A stretch of 64,000 bases of DNA from Asterias rubens (Eukaryota), in contig NC_047076.1 of the NCBI RefSeq assembly GCF_902459465.1, forward strand, positions 9,362,001 through 9,426,000, in the 5' to 3' direction. Under the pieces are notes generated by a model, which did not search any database, was not told where the DNA came from, and saw only the letters and a program-made list of their open reading frames with translations. Within the stretch, counting starts at the first letter, position 1. The number at the start of each line of letters is the position of its first letter. Of this stretch, positions 24,101 to 39,100 are shown in pieces. The position numbers and the translations under genes were made by a program.

Positions 24101-27100
24101 ACTGCATGGGATCGTCCATATCATCATCCATGCTAAGCGTTACCCCAATCATATCCCGTCTCGCGCTGTGCGGTACCATCTCCGCCGTAGCCCCCGTATC
24201 CACGTTAGTCTCCACTAGGTTCATGGAGTCATTTGGGTCAGTCATTGGTGTGACTTGACTCTGCATCACATTGACTTGGCTGGAGGTGCTGCCGGCCATG
24301 GTACGGTTGGGTCCGACTGGGGTGACGTCAACGTTGACCATCAAGCTCTGTGGCATGACAGCATGGCTTGGGAGCGTGCTGGTATTGCTTATATCATGCC
24401 TAGGTTACATTAAATAAGATTCAACCTTTAAATCCAAAGCTAGAAATTCCATGATGTCGTCTCTCAATAATTATTTAAAGTATAGAAAAAACACATAAAT
24501 ACACAAAACACTATATAAAACCAAAACGATAGAACTGAACACAATACAAAAAGACAAGATTAGAATAAAATAATCACAGTCAGTTGTGCCATCCTACAAA
24601 ACCCTTACAGATGAGAGGTTTTATAGGGTTGGTAAACTTACTGGAAAAATGCTAAACAAAGAGGTCTGGTTCACTAACTATTTAACAAAATCAAGAAACT
24701 AAAATCTGGGCCGAGCCAACATGGCTCATCAGGTCAGTGTTTAGATCCGGTTTAGCATTAATCTTGGTATTGACAGGATGTCAGTCCATCACATGTTACT
24801 TTATCTTATTATGCATACCATAAAAAGGTTACCAGCTGAAACACCATTTCTTATGTAGCCATCTGGGACTGGTATCCCAGGCCCGATTTTCATAGAGCAG
24901 ATTAAGCAGAAAAAAACGCTTATACATTTTTTGGCTAAGCAAAAATTAGCAGATACCAGTCACAGATTGTATTTGGACAAATGACATTTTGCCTGGTGAC
25001 CCTATTCTGGTAAGCATACATGTACATAATCCTGATGTGCTTAGGTACTTTTTCATGGTTTTTGGTTCTTGACTTACCCATGGCTCTGCATGGAGGCTGC
25101 ATGGGCCGCTGCATGGGCTGCACTTTGCTGCAGATGAGTTGCTGCAGGATTGGAAATAATAAATAAATGAATTTACAACAATTTATTTCTGGATTTTGCA
25201 GAAACGTTCATGTCAATTTAAAAAAAACTTCTTGTCCAAAATTTGGAGAAAAAAAAAAAAAAGCTCATACTGTACATACATGTATCTAAATTTTGCAAAA
25301 TCATTATAAATCTATTTGCAAAAACATTAGGCCTATAGCTTGATTTTGCTAGTACGTCACATTACGATTATACAAAAACACTGTGTATCGCTTGAAAGTG
25401 CTGTACTTTTATCTCGTGCAAAACTGTTAAATCTTGGGGCTTTCTTGTTTTGTGTGTACATATGGGCTGGGCATTTTAGAATAGATAGAAACTCCTGCAT
25501 AACGTAAGTTCTATTACAAGAAATACAATGTTTTTGCACTGACACAAGATATGAACCCTTGAAAACTACTACAGCTTAGGGCCTTGCAACACAGAGCAAT
25601 GCTACAGGAAACTTGCTAGCAACCTAACTAGAGTAGTTGCTCCCAAAATGTTTAATGATCTAAAGATGTTTGTTCTTTTTCTTAGACATCTGATTTTATA
25701 TGACAGAAAATGATAATTCAAACAAGGTTAAATCTCCTCGTAAAAGTACATATCAGGTCAACTAAGGGTTATTTCTTTCTGTAGCCTGGGTCATACTTCA
25801 TGCGAATCATATTTTGGTGATGCAATACTCGGTATGCACTATTTCTTCCATTGGTAACACAATCAAATTCCCATGGCATGAAGTACAATGTATCTGCAAG
25901 GAGTATGCACTGGGTATTACATTACGATACTCAAAATATTGAGTCCAAGATCAATAGGTATATGTGCGAAGTGGGCGCAGCTAACAGTTAAAGAGCGCAG
26001 GCTTTTTTGTTTACCTCTTTTCTGGGCATACGAAGGGCGGCGAGAGAATCTTTGGCTTGGTCTTCTCTCGATCATCATCGATCGTCGGGACCGGTTTGTC
26101 TTAGCAGATTGGAATTCTGTCCTGCCACTGTTGGTGTAAATACAGATTCATAAACACCTGCAGTCGATTTCACAAAGCTCTTCCTAACGTAAGACTAATC
26201 TCAGGTTAATGAACGATTCCCAACCCTGCACTGTAGCTCGTCCAAACTCGAGATAAGACGAGTCCTAACTCTTTGTGAAATCAACCCCTGGGACTGTTAC
26301 TCTATGTCGATTGGCTGAGAGGACATCACAGGGGGGTATTAAACAGATGATATAACCAAATCTAGAAACGCTAAACAGAGTTAGCCTTTGTGTGGCCCCT
26401 GCTTGGATTTCTGACGTTATAACCTTGTTCATAACCTCTTCACCACACACTGATTCCCTCATTTAATGATGGCAAAAACTATGCTTGAAAGACATGTAAC
26501 CACTGTACCAGTAGCCAGTGTTTGGTGATTTGTTTCTCAAAGAATCGTTTCTCAGATTTCTAAGGGTTGGTGTCCATACACGTGCTGCTGCCATTACCCG
26601 CCGTTTAATACCTGGCTATTAAAAGAGAGCTAGGGTAAATATAGAGGAAAACGCTTTCCCTCATTTTGGAAAGATCCCTCTCTAATAAAAAATGGTATAG
26701 TCTCAGTTTTCCTGACCTCGATCTGAACGTTGTGTATGGACCCTTCTCTCACAAAACCTCCCCTTGAAAAAAATGGTGTGAAACATCTGCCGGTGTTGTA
26801 GGTCTCTATACCTGGTCTTGGTCCCAATAACCTTCTCAAGACCTTTTTCAAGAGATTTTTTACTGTTTCGGGTTGCATCTCGGTCTTGGAGCCGATTTCA
26901 CAAAGCAATCAAAATCACCGGAAGAAATTGTTCAGTATCACCATAGTGATTTGTATTGTGACATCACATTTTACTTAGCAACTACGATTGATTTGCAGTA
27001 TGACCAATCTTAGTTCTATGTTAAATCGGCCCTTGGACTGCAAAAGTCTTGGTTGAGGAAGGGCTGATGTCCCCCTATGCCCTCTGGTCTCCCCTAGGTC

Positions 27101-30100
27101 TCGGTTTCGATTGTCAGGGTCTCCCCCTCAGACTTCCAGGTCTCGACTACAACACTGCCATCTGTTGATATTTAGCTGGGGTGCACTTTGGCTATAACCA
27201 ATAACTGTCATTAGCCAGTGATCTAATTGGCCAAATTCAAAGGCCAAATCAACCCACAAAATTATTGAACATGAAAGCAAAACCAAGCCCAGAACGAAGA
27301 GCCCAACTGTAAGAAGCTCTCTCCAAACCCTTTGAAAAAAAATCCCTCTAAATGAGATAGTACGACCATGTCAGCCTGACCTGTATCTGAACCTTGACCC
27401 CATGCGTATGAACCCTTGTCTCTCGTCTCGATGTCTGACCGGCCCTCGTAGTCTAAAGAAGGCGTGGTGCTCCACGGCACATTTCCAGAGGTGCTTGCAA
27501 CACTTGTTGGTCTCCAAACGGAAAACAAAGTTGTGCTGTTGCTCTTGGCCCTGGGTAGAGATGGGTGTGGGTTTAGTGGCGAGGGTAGAGGTGGGTGCAG
27601 CTCCCAAGGTTAAACAAATTCCTGTTTTGATCATATTTTCACAGTGTTGTCTGCTGCAGTGCGTACACGTACATTCGAGTGAAAGACGCAAGACGTATGT
27701 AAACAAATTTATGTACAGTTACTTGGTCACAGATCTTGACTGCACAGCATTAACACGCAAACGCAGCGCAAGGATATGCGCGTCCTGTGTCTGGAGTATG
27801 CATGGAAGACTGTGAGAATACGATCAAATCAGGAATTTCTTAACCTTGGGAGCTGCAGTTTTTCCAGAAATGACGGATTTGTGAAGAATATGACACCCAA
27901 AACCCAGCGCAGAAAAATGTACGCTGCCATAGAATGTGAATCTGTTGAAATTAGTCACTTCTTGCCGGTAAGATTTGAAAATGTTCCGCCCCAGAAATGG
28001 ACCCTGATATCCTGGACGTCACCACGCTGCAGTATACATGTAATAAGAAAGTGTAAGGCCGCCAGGGCTAGGTGAAGGAAGACTTACAAGAGTTTGCCCT
28101 TAACCTTTTCAGTGGTTAGCCTGGTATTTCACGGGTCCACCAGCTTCTTCACTGTTAATATGTTGTGCTTTCTTTCAACATTCAACAGCATGGGATTTTT
28201 TTAACAAATGAACCATCAGTTTGTATTAAAAGCAGTGGACACTATTGGTAATGACTCAAAACAATTATTAGCAAAAAACCTTTCTTTGTTATCTCGCAAG
28301 TTCGTTGACCGATTGAGCTCAAATTTTCACAGGTTTGTTATTTTACGCAAATGTTCAGATACACCAACTGTGAAGGCTAGTTTTTGACAACTACCAATAG
28401 TGTCCACTGTCTTTATTGTTGCTTTGGCAAGTAAAGATCTAGCCAGGCAGATTAGGTGGACAAAATTTTGTCTGGTCCTTGGGTGTCTCAACTGGTATTT
28501 AATAACTAACAGACCACTGTTAAGGGAGAACCCTGCTTAAAGGCACTGCACACCTTTGGTAATTGTCAAAGACCAGTGATTCTCACTTGGTGTATCCCAT
28601 CATAAGCATAAAATAACAAGCCTGTGAAGATTCGGGCTCTTACCTCTTTAAAATTACCTCTTTCCCAAAAACTAAGTTACTTCAGAGGGAGTCGTTTCCC
28701 ACAATAATAATGAAAGAAAACACACCCTTGTCACACGGAGTTGTGTGCTTCAGATGCTTGATTTCGAGACCTCAAATCCTAAATCTGAGGTCTCGAAATC
28801 AAATTCGATGAAAATGACTTCTTTCTCGAAAACCACGACACTTCAGAGGGAGACGTTTCTCACAATGTTTTATACTAACAACCTCTCCCCAATACTTGTT
28901 ACCAAGTAAGGTTTTGTGCTAATAATTATTTTGAGTAATTACCAATAGTGTCCACTGCCTTTAACAGGTGAATCCGTTGGTTCTCGGAAATCTTTGCATG
29001 CTCAGAATTACATCAACATTGGCTCTTTACCTGGAATGTCTGCTGCCACCTGGAGTTCCATTGCCTCCAATTGCAGATTAAGCATACAAACTTGAAAACA
29101 TGCATGCCCTGGTACCAACTACAGCTGCTGATATTTGCATCTTGCAAAATTGCTTGTCATTTCACTAGTTTATCGGCTTTTTTGTGATGCCATATTTCAA
29201 ATGAACCAGGGATTGTATTTAAAAATAAATTTGCCAATGGGACCACTTTGAGTGAATGGGCCACTGTTAAGGGAGAACTCTACGAATACTTGATGTAAAA
29301 GTTAATTGAAGGCCTGTAATTTCAACATTGGGAGGTCAAGGCCATTAGCCATTTTGCAATGGGGAACTTCCATTCGAAAATCTTATTGGAAAGTCTTTGG
29401 TTTCCGTGACCTGCATGTTATTCCAGACCTGTAATTGATCAACAATACTCCCACAGTGAGTCCCCATGACCTGTGGTGTATTGTGGTGTCCAGTCCCTAA
29501 AGGGTCATATAGACTGTCCCTACTTACTTGTTCATCATCTTCCACGACAGCTAGATGGAGTTTCTTCCCCTTGAAGTTGAGCTTGGTGACCTTGGGCCAG
29601 AAGAAGAGGCCGATCTTCTGACTGCCTTCAAAGACTAGGATTCCTGTTGGGGTTAGGCCAAGCGAGTAAGACTGGCTGTCTTTTCCCTATAGCAGGAGAA
29701 ACAAGTCAAAGATCTTTGAAAATGTGTGGACTTCACGTTGGTCCTGTAAAGTGACAGTGCATTATTCACAGAACAGGAAATCTAAAGTTATGCTACAAAA
29801 TAAGTGTCACTTGACTTGACAAAACTTGACAAAAAACAAATTAGAAAAGTTTGGAGGTGTACATGGTGTGTATTGACTGACAAATCAACCATGTAAACCT
29901 GTGACATTACATTTTTTAAAAGAGCCACACAGTCCACATAGACTTCCTAAAGGCATGATTTGTAGGATGCTCAAAGGAATAAAACATTGAATTTGATATC
30001 CTATGGGAATTGCACCAACTAATTCGTATCCACATTTGATATGAAGAAAGAGGAACATATCGCAACACTTGTTCAGGCATTCATTTTGTAACTCTTGAAT

Positions 30101-33100
30101 TTTTGTGGAAATTACGACACAAAATATAAAAATTCCCACCTGACCATGTAGTATCTTGCTTTCCAGGAAAGCCCTGGAATGTATATGAGGTCACTCTTTT
30201 CGTAAACAAAGGTTTAATGGTCTAGAAATGGCTACTGGCTCTCAAAGAGTGTGAGAGATATTGGCTTAGCATGATAACATAGGCAGACAGAGGGGTATGC
30301 CAGATTTATACCATGACTCTGCACAAAGACCAAAGGTTAATCCATCTTTAGGGTGATGACTAATCCTCTCAAGTCAAGTGGATAATTCCATAACAAAAAG
30401 GCTTCTTATCGGATTAAGCAGTCTATTGTGTGGCCCAAGGACTTCTGCTGTTCATGTTGGACAGGGTGAAGGGAATGATCTCTTAAAATACATCAACTCT
30501 TAAGAGCCAGGTTAGGCCTTGGTTTCATGACCATGGCCCAATTTCTAAAGATTTGCTGAAAACTCTGTACCCCAATCACACCCAACACATTCTCACTATT
30601 GTGCGTTCTGAAAAAAAATGTAGCTAAAAATGCTTTATCTGTTTGCAAACAGAGTGGACGTACTGTTGGCATTTTTTTACGGTTTGTTTACCAACTTCAT
30701 GGACAGGCTCGGACAGGTTTGATTGGAATGCTGCTCAAGAAAGATTAAATTGTTCAAAAATGTTCGCGCGCGCGACCATCCTGTCTTGCAATTAGACCAA
30801 GTGGCAAATTACAAAAACAAGGTCCTCTACAAATAGAATAGACCGATCCAGTAGGCTCCGCCCACGACACCGTTTTAGCAAGAACACGTGGGGCTCTCCA
30901 ATGCCTTTCTGCACAACTCTGCCGCGCGCGCCAAGATACACACACACATGTCGGACCTTATTTGTCAAAACTTTGTTGCGTTGTGATTGGTCAATACGCA
31001 ATGGGGTGGAGCTTAGTGGATTGGTCTATTGCCTAACTTGGATCTTGAGAAGTTCTTTCAAGAAAACTCATGCAAGTTTTGTTTTATTTCACTAGTCCCA
31101 AAGTGCTAACACTAGCTTTTTAACTAGCAGTTTATAAAACTTAATGTAGTGCACTGGACTGTGATATTCCTAGTCAGATATTTCTTACCATAACATGATG
31201 CATGTCTACACCATACATTTCCAGCCACTTTGCTTTATTCAAGTAGTTGATCTCCGCTTGAGCTGGTGACTGACCCCTTGAAAAAGAAAAAGAAAATTTG
31301 TTCAATGGAAGTAAAACTTGAAACATTTACTTTTAGTAATCAATGAAAAATGTTCACATTCTGAAAAGGTTCCATTAACAAAAAACAGAACCTGTCATGT
31401 TAAAGGCAGTGGACACTATTGGTAACAACTCAAAATAATTATTAGCGTAAAACTTTCTTGGTGACGAGTAATGGGGAGAGGTTGATGGTATAAAACATTG
31501 AGAGAAATGGCTCCCTCTGAAGTGCCATAGTTTTCGAGAAAGAAGTAATTTTCCACGAATTTGATTTTGAGACCTCAAGTTTAGAACTTGAGGTCTCGAA
31601 ATCAACTATCTAAACACACACATCTTCGTGTGACGAGGGTGTTTTTTTCTTTCATTGTTATCTCGCAAGTTTGATGACCGATTGAGCTCAAATTTTCACA
31701 GGTTTGGTTTTTTATGCATATGTTGAGATACACCAACTGTGAAGGCTAGTCTTTGTAAGAGAATAGGTGAACCCGTTTTTGGAGTCGCCCAGATTATTTT
31801 AATATAACAAGGAATGCCTAAAAAAGTTAACATTCATAAATACATCAAACAGTTTCGCTATTCCTATTGGTGGAGAGCGCGTCACGTGGGTGTGTATATT
31901 GTTTATGACCAGTAAAAACATGGGCGTGACGCGCGAGCTTGCACCTGTTCTTATAAGACAGTTTCTTCATTCCTTTTGGTCGAGAGCAACGGCTGAAACA
32001 GTTGTGCCACATCACACGATACGCGCGACACGCACAGCATTCCCTTATAAGGAGTTGTTTACCAGATCGGGCCGAGGGCCTTACCATTTCACAGCTGGAG
32101 GGGTGTTGTGTTGAAAGAAATCGGTGAACAATTATAACTTATGCATTTATTTTACTTTTTGACCAAAAAGTGTCGATGTTTTTGACCGAAAAGGTATTTA
32201 TGAATGGGAATCAAAGTGTGTTGAATCGGTTTTCAACTAGTGGTTTAAACCCGCCGAGGCCCGGTTCTTTATAATTTACCTCCAGAACCAGGCCTCGTTG
32301 GGATTAAACCACTAGTTGAAAACCTCTTCACGACACATTGATTCCCTTATTAATTACTGAAGCTACATGTAAGAAACCTGATAGTGGTTTGGCATAGTGG
32401 TTTCTTTCCTCAAATTCCACCTTTAGAAACCTGGTTCGAATCCAATTGGGGGCATTATGCGGTTTGGGTTTTCAGTCCCTACCTGACTGCATGGGTTTTC
32501 CCTGGGATAATTCTCTATGGTTTTCCTCCCACGTCTAAATTTGAAACTTCTTCATTGTCTTCTCACATATGGGTGATTAAATTGTGAGAGTACTTTGGTT
32601 TCACAACCAGAATCAATAAACGAAATGAAAATACAAATAAAAATCATTTACTTCATTTCTTTGAATTTCTCCACAACTTCCACCTCGATGTCTTCAGTCT
32701 GGTAGGGGACAAATCTGAACTCTGACACCATCTCTGGAGTGTGGTCTAACTCATCGTAATCACCCAGCTCAGCTGTCAGGGATACAAGAACATCAATCAA
32801 GCAGGTTTAGGGATCGGGGGATTTCACAAAAAGCTAAGATTGATCTTAAAGACACAGGGGTGGATTTTACAAAGAGTTTAGAAAAGTCTTATCTCTAGTT
32901 AGGATGAGTTACTTGTCCTACACAATGTAGCTTAGGACTTGCCATACGTTTTAATATCTCCTAGGACTTAGTCCTAAGTTAGGACTAGTTCTAAATCTTT
33001 GTGAAATCCACCCCAGAACACTATTGGTAATTGTCAAAGACCAGTCTTCTCACTCCGTGTATCTCAACACATGCATAAAATAACAAACCTGTAAAAAATT

Positions 33101-36100
33101 TAAGCTCAATTGGTGGCCAAAGTTGCTAATAATAAAAGAAAAAACACCCTTATCACTTGAAGTTGTATGCTTTCAAATGATTGAATTCGAGACCTCAAAG
33201 TCTAATTCTGAGGTCTCAAAATAAAAAAAAGCATGTGCTTTCACTTGGAGCCGTTTCTCACAATGTTTTTAAAATACTATCAAAAGCTCTCCATTACTTG
33301 TTACCAAGTAAGTTTTTTATGCTGACAATTATTTGAGTAATTACCAATAGTGTCCAGTGCCTTTAACTCATGTATATGTAGAACCCATTTTTCTTGAATG
33401 TCAACATTCCTAAAAGCCCTTTTCACAGGAGAACTAAAAACCATCGACCATCGTTTACGCGCCAGTTGTCTGTCCCAGAGGTCGTTTGCGATTTCATGAC
33501 AAACATTCACATGATTACACACATTGCATTCCCAACGCGTCGCCCCTTGTTTAATGTGAATCTGTTCGCTGGTGCACTGTCAGTGTCCTGTTTAGGGTTA
33601 TGAATTTGTGTTAGATTACCATCGATCGCTTTCTTGATGCACCATTGTTTTGTTTTTATGCAACTTCTCAGTGTCCAGACTCGAAAGATATTCATCTTTC
33701 GAGTCTGGACACTGAGAGCATTTTGTTGGAAAAAATGCACGCGGAAAGACCAAATTCAACGCTCTCTTGATCAGAAGCTTCTTGGACATACTGTAGCATA
33801 AAAAAAACTTTAAAGAAAAGCATTATAAACTAGTTTTCAATTTGTGCTGTCGACACCATTTTGAAGGATACCTGGAATAAACAAACAACCTTTCTCCACC
33901 AGGTGAAGACCTGTAGTTTGTGCATGGAGAAAGACAACTCCATGGTTTCTGCATGGGTGATCGTTGTGCAGTTGACTGGGACCTTGGTAATCATGGTGTG
34001 CGTCCTTTTACACGAGTGATCTTTTGGAGATTCAAACAAGGATGCCATTTTTGGAGGAGGTCTTGATCCAGGTTGCTAATAAGGCTGGTCCATGGCGATG
34101 TCATCAAACGGATTCATTTTACACGACGCAAATTTGCGATTATATAACGGGAATTGATTTCATTCCCCACGACCATGGTTTAAAAAGCTGAAATGGTGTG
34201 AAAAGGGCTTTATTTTAACGATCTTGACCAAAACTCAGTGAGTCACTTGGCACCGAATCAACGACATAGACTTTCATTGAGCGATTCCCACTCTAGCTCT
34301 TTGTTTTCCTAAACAGATTAAAAGAATTGAACAACTGTAACAGTTATGTTGTCAAAACTTACACTGGAGGCTCAGAGCAGCAAGTTCTATTGCCGTGGTG
34401 ACTGGTGGTTCCAGCTTCCCTGACAAGATATCTTGCTTCAATTGCAGGAAAAATAAATACCTGGCGAGAAAGAAAACACATTGTAATTATTTACTAACCA
34501 AAAGGACTTAAATGGCATTTAAATGCAAAAAATAGGTAGTGGCCTGAGGTTCCGACCCTAGTAGTGTCTTTCTCAAAGTCTAAATGAGACAGACTCTGCT
34601 AAGGTCGAAACCCCTCACTTAACCTTCCAGAAAAACGCTGCTAGGGTCAAATCGTCATGAAATTTCAAATGGAAATGCCCTTGCCCTCTCATTGATGAAA
34701 ATCTAGAGTCATTAACTTTTTTCAGGATGAAATACTTCTGTAACAAAAGTAAAATTAGTCCATACACTGTAGAACCAGTAAGAACTAAAGGGCTTACTTT
34801 GTGAGTTCTTCATGTAGGTTGTTGGGTTCTGAAGAGTAGAACTTCACTTGGAATTTCAGCACATAAGGAGGGCCAGCTAGAGGGTAGATAAATAAATACA
34901 AAATCATCTCATATACGAGAACAGGCTTAGGAAATTCTAAACACAAGTTTTTTGGTCAATGCTAAGCATAATTGAACAATCTGTTAAAGATGTTATGTCA
35001 GATTTTTGGCCGATTTGACCCCAAAATTTTGATTTAAAATTCAATAGGTATTTCGATGGGGGTCAAGAACGTTACAAGCTTTCACAGTCCGCCAATTATT
35101 AGTAGCAGTCAAATAAAGTGCTCAAAATTAGTTTTTGTCGGGATCCCGACAATATATCGCGTGGCCAATTCTTATGTGTTTTATAAGAAACGTTTTAAAT
35201 TTTTTTCATGGTTCCTGACCATTAAAAGTAAAAGTTAAACTTTTTTCGTTAGAGAGGGTGATACTCTTTGAAATACCATTCACTCAAAAAAATCTATTTT
35301 TTAATGTTAGGGACCAAAAATCTGACAAAGCATCTTTAAGTCGGCGCACATGACGCAAGAATATACATTGTACAAGTCCGTCATTGATACACACAATCTA
35401 AGAATTCAGATTGAAACTTTGATTAATCCCTTTCTCTAAAAACCTCATTTCTTGTTTAATATCGGTATCAACAACTGTCCACAGCTTTTAAGTCACTAAT
35501 TATCAGGGTAGTTACAAAAAGGTGTAATGTACAAGTACCCTTCCTGTAAAATCAAACTTGAAATTTCTAAGTAAAATAAACTTTTTCTGGCACTTGTTCA
35601 CCCTGGACTTTGTGGGCACCTGGCCTCTATTACATAGTGCCACTTTCCCCAGTTCCCATGGGGCGTCTATTGTACACAGCATCAAACTGTGATTGGATTG
35701 TTCTATAGAGGTCAAAGGTCCCCTGTACTAACCCACTGCTTTGACCTCTATACTGACCCCGCCTACAGGCCAGATGGTATGGGAACCTATCCCTACACAT
35801 TATTTTAGATGTTTACACCTCAAGTTATAGGCCTAAATGGATCTGGATCTGTCTATTTCAAAGACCAAAGTCGAGTTGTAAACAAAAAAAACATTCTATA
35901 GATTGAACATAAACGAAAAACTGATTTCTTGCATACACGTACATGTACAAGTACATTCCAAACATAAGTTATATGAAATACAAGTTCTGTTGAACCATAT
36001 TGATTTCATAACAAATGGTTACAAACGCTTATCATGGACCAACTCGAACGATCCAAGGCAACGTGTTCCTTTAACTTTTGAAATTCACCCTAGGAGTTGT

Positions 36101-39100
36101 ACGTTGTACAATGTACAAGAAGTACAATGTACTTTAGTTAATTATTGTAGCATGGCAAATGTCATACTTCTTAATGGTTATTTTGCTGTGCAGTCTGTAG
36201 GGCCTAAAATACACTTGGACAGTCAGAGCATCAGAGGGAAACCACTGCGCGGTTTTAAACCTGGGGTTTCACACCGTAGTCAATAGGAGCTCTTCTTGGT
36301 GTTTTCAAACCCTGAGGGGAGCAAGCTTAAATGTACTGTCAAAAGCAATGAAGGCCTTCTTGATCAAACATGTTGTCTTAAGGAAATATCGCCAGGGTTA
36401 CCCTCGGGAAATGTGAGTGGTGGTGGTGGTAGTGGTGCTGATGGGAGACCGGCTTACAATGTACATGGGTGGGTACCGGGAATGGGAGAGAACCCAAATA
36501 CTGTAAGCCATTTAACAAACAAGCACGTTTTCCCCTTGAAATGGGGACACAAAAAAAAACAGCAGAAGTAGTGGTCAACACACCCAGAAATCCCCCCAAA
36601 ACAATACAAACCCTGTGTACCACAAAATAAAAAAAAATCTGAAACAATGAAAAGAAATTATTCCACATAAAATACATCTACACTGTACACTGCATATCTG
36701 GTGATCACTGGTCTACTTTATTGTGTCGCATAAATGCATTTAAGGTTTTTGAAATCTTAATGTCTAATAGCTTTATGTGTGTCACTGTAAACCCACAATT
36801 TGTACACAAGTAACTATCAATGTAAAGCTTGTTTGAAGTACAGAGATGGGGGTTTGGGCTGGGCTTGAAAAACTTACCTTTTAACTGTTTCTTTAATTTC
36901 TTTGTTGGGTCCAGCCAATTCTGAAAAACAAAAGAAGGAGAAATAAAGGTCAAGTTCATCAAGCTTTGGTTGCATTTTTTAAAGTCCTAATGAACTTGCT
37001 ATTTGGTTTTATTCCTACGATGTATTCTACAATTGTTTTGACAATAATCTTGGTTGCTTCCTTTTGGGAGGTGCAAGTTTAAGTGAGAATTACAGGCAAT
37101 TATGAGTAATTTATATAGCAAATGTGTTGTGATTTCATTTAGACTTTGAGAAAGACTCTGCTAGGGTCAAAACATAAGGCCATGACAACTTGCATAAATG
37201 TACCACAGGGCCCAATTTTATAGAGCTGTTTTTAAGCATGAAAAGTTGCTAAGCACTCACTAAGCACTTCTAAAAATGCTAAACAGAAAAAGGTAAACCG
37301 GCTGAACTACCAGTTACATAAAATGTAAAGTGGACATTTTATGTACGAATGTGATGTAGTACCTACTAGAAAAAGCAGAAAAATGTTTAAAGCAATGTTA
37401 TCTGCTTTAAAAGGCAGCTCTTTGAAATTGGGCAAAGTCGTTATGACATCATCTTGATAGAAAAAGGGGGCATACTCCATACTCCAAGACTCCATTTTTA
37501 ACCAATCAGATAAGAGAATTCTATACATGTGGTATATATTCAATAGGGTTCCAGTTGGTGAGTTGGGTTAAGGTTCCCAGTTGGTTTAAGATTCCCAGTT
37601 GGGTTAAGAATCCCAGTTGGGTTAAGAATCCCAGTTGAGTGAATGTTCCTCAGAAAAAGTACAAAACCAATCAGAGCAAAGATGAATGGTCCTGATATGA
37701 TACATGTAATATGCAGGTGAATGAGTTTGGGGTGCATTCTATTGATTTGGTGTCAACTGTATGCAATACAATGTACAGTGTACAGTGTACAGTCCACATA
37801 TTTGGTGTTTTTCATGGCACATTTGCTTTAAATTGTTCAACATGACCTCAACTCATGTTCAGGTCAATCCTGGTAGCCCTCTTGGTGTAGAATTCACAAG
37901 CGATCAGTCATCACTGTAACAGTTCACTCTGTTATAATCAGGAATGAACTTTCCAAACATTGCTACTGTACTATGTACAATGTACGAACATACATGATAC
38001 CGGTACTTGTTTTTAAAAAGGGTCTGCAGGTACAGTATGTATACATGTAACAGTGTAATAGCCCCCTATGTACGTAAAAGGAGGTTTTTATAACATCTTT
38101 CCCCGAGGGAGCCTGGAGTGCCTTGGCCATTGCTTGTTCTTTAAAACCTAATATCCAGGTGCCATATTATTTGCACTGTCTGCGTCAGATGTTCTGGTGT
38201 TTCTCTTTTTTAGCGATGTTTTTCTGATTGCATTTAATGGAAGAATAACAAACTGGAATTTTCTGATCTTACTTTTTTTTTAGGTGTTCGGGCCAACAGA
38301 CCGGAACACCTTCTATTTTTTTATTTTTTTTTATTTTTAATGATACTTCTTCTTAGCTTCTGAATCTTCCATGTCCGCTAACAAAAACACCTTTACCAAA
38401 CTTGTATGAACTTGTAGCCTTGCTCAAGGCAATCGCATTATTCGCTCCGAAAAGACGCTGCTGTAAACCCACCCGTATACACTGTGCGTGGTGCGTGTAA
38501 TCACACCGCATGACCAACCCGTATACATACACACTGTCACATCGTACTACTACTGTGCACACAAGTCATCCGCATTCGTACCACTAACCGCATGCAAGGC
38601 AGTCACACTATTAAACCCACCCGTATACACTGTGCGTGGTGCGTGTAATGACACCGCATGACCAACCTGTATACACACTGTCACATCGTTAGGGCCACTG
38701 ATTTTCCGTTTCAGAAAAGTGCAAATTCCGTTTGGCAAAAACATGAATTCCGTTTCAGGCACAAAAAATTCTGTTTCATGTTTTTTTTAATTAGATAAAA
38801 GGTTTTTTAATACCCAGGGACACACTTATAAAAATCAATTTGAGATAAGTTGCACTGCTGACTTCGTAAAATGTTCATTTGAACTGACAAATTTCAAAAA
38901 AATACTTTAATTTTGTTGTTGTATAATTGTGGATTATTTTGTATACTGCTGTTCGCTGAAACAAAAACATGTAGTCAGGGTAAAAAGGTTGCACTGTGAC
39001 TGCAGTATCAATGCACATGATGTGATAGACTTGATTCCAAGTCTAAAACTGCAGTTGATTCTCTGCATCAGCCACACTGTAGACTAATGACAAGAGTGTA

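Noticed and set aside
33830-34048. Possible decayed THAP-like/transposase fragment
   Set aside because: Key Cys/His pattern is not convincingly present; cannot be supported without a database search
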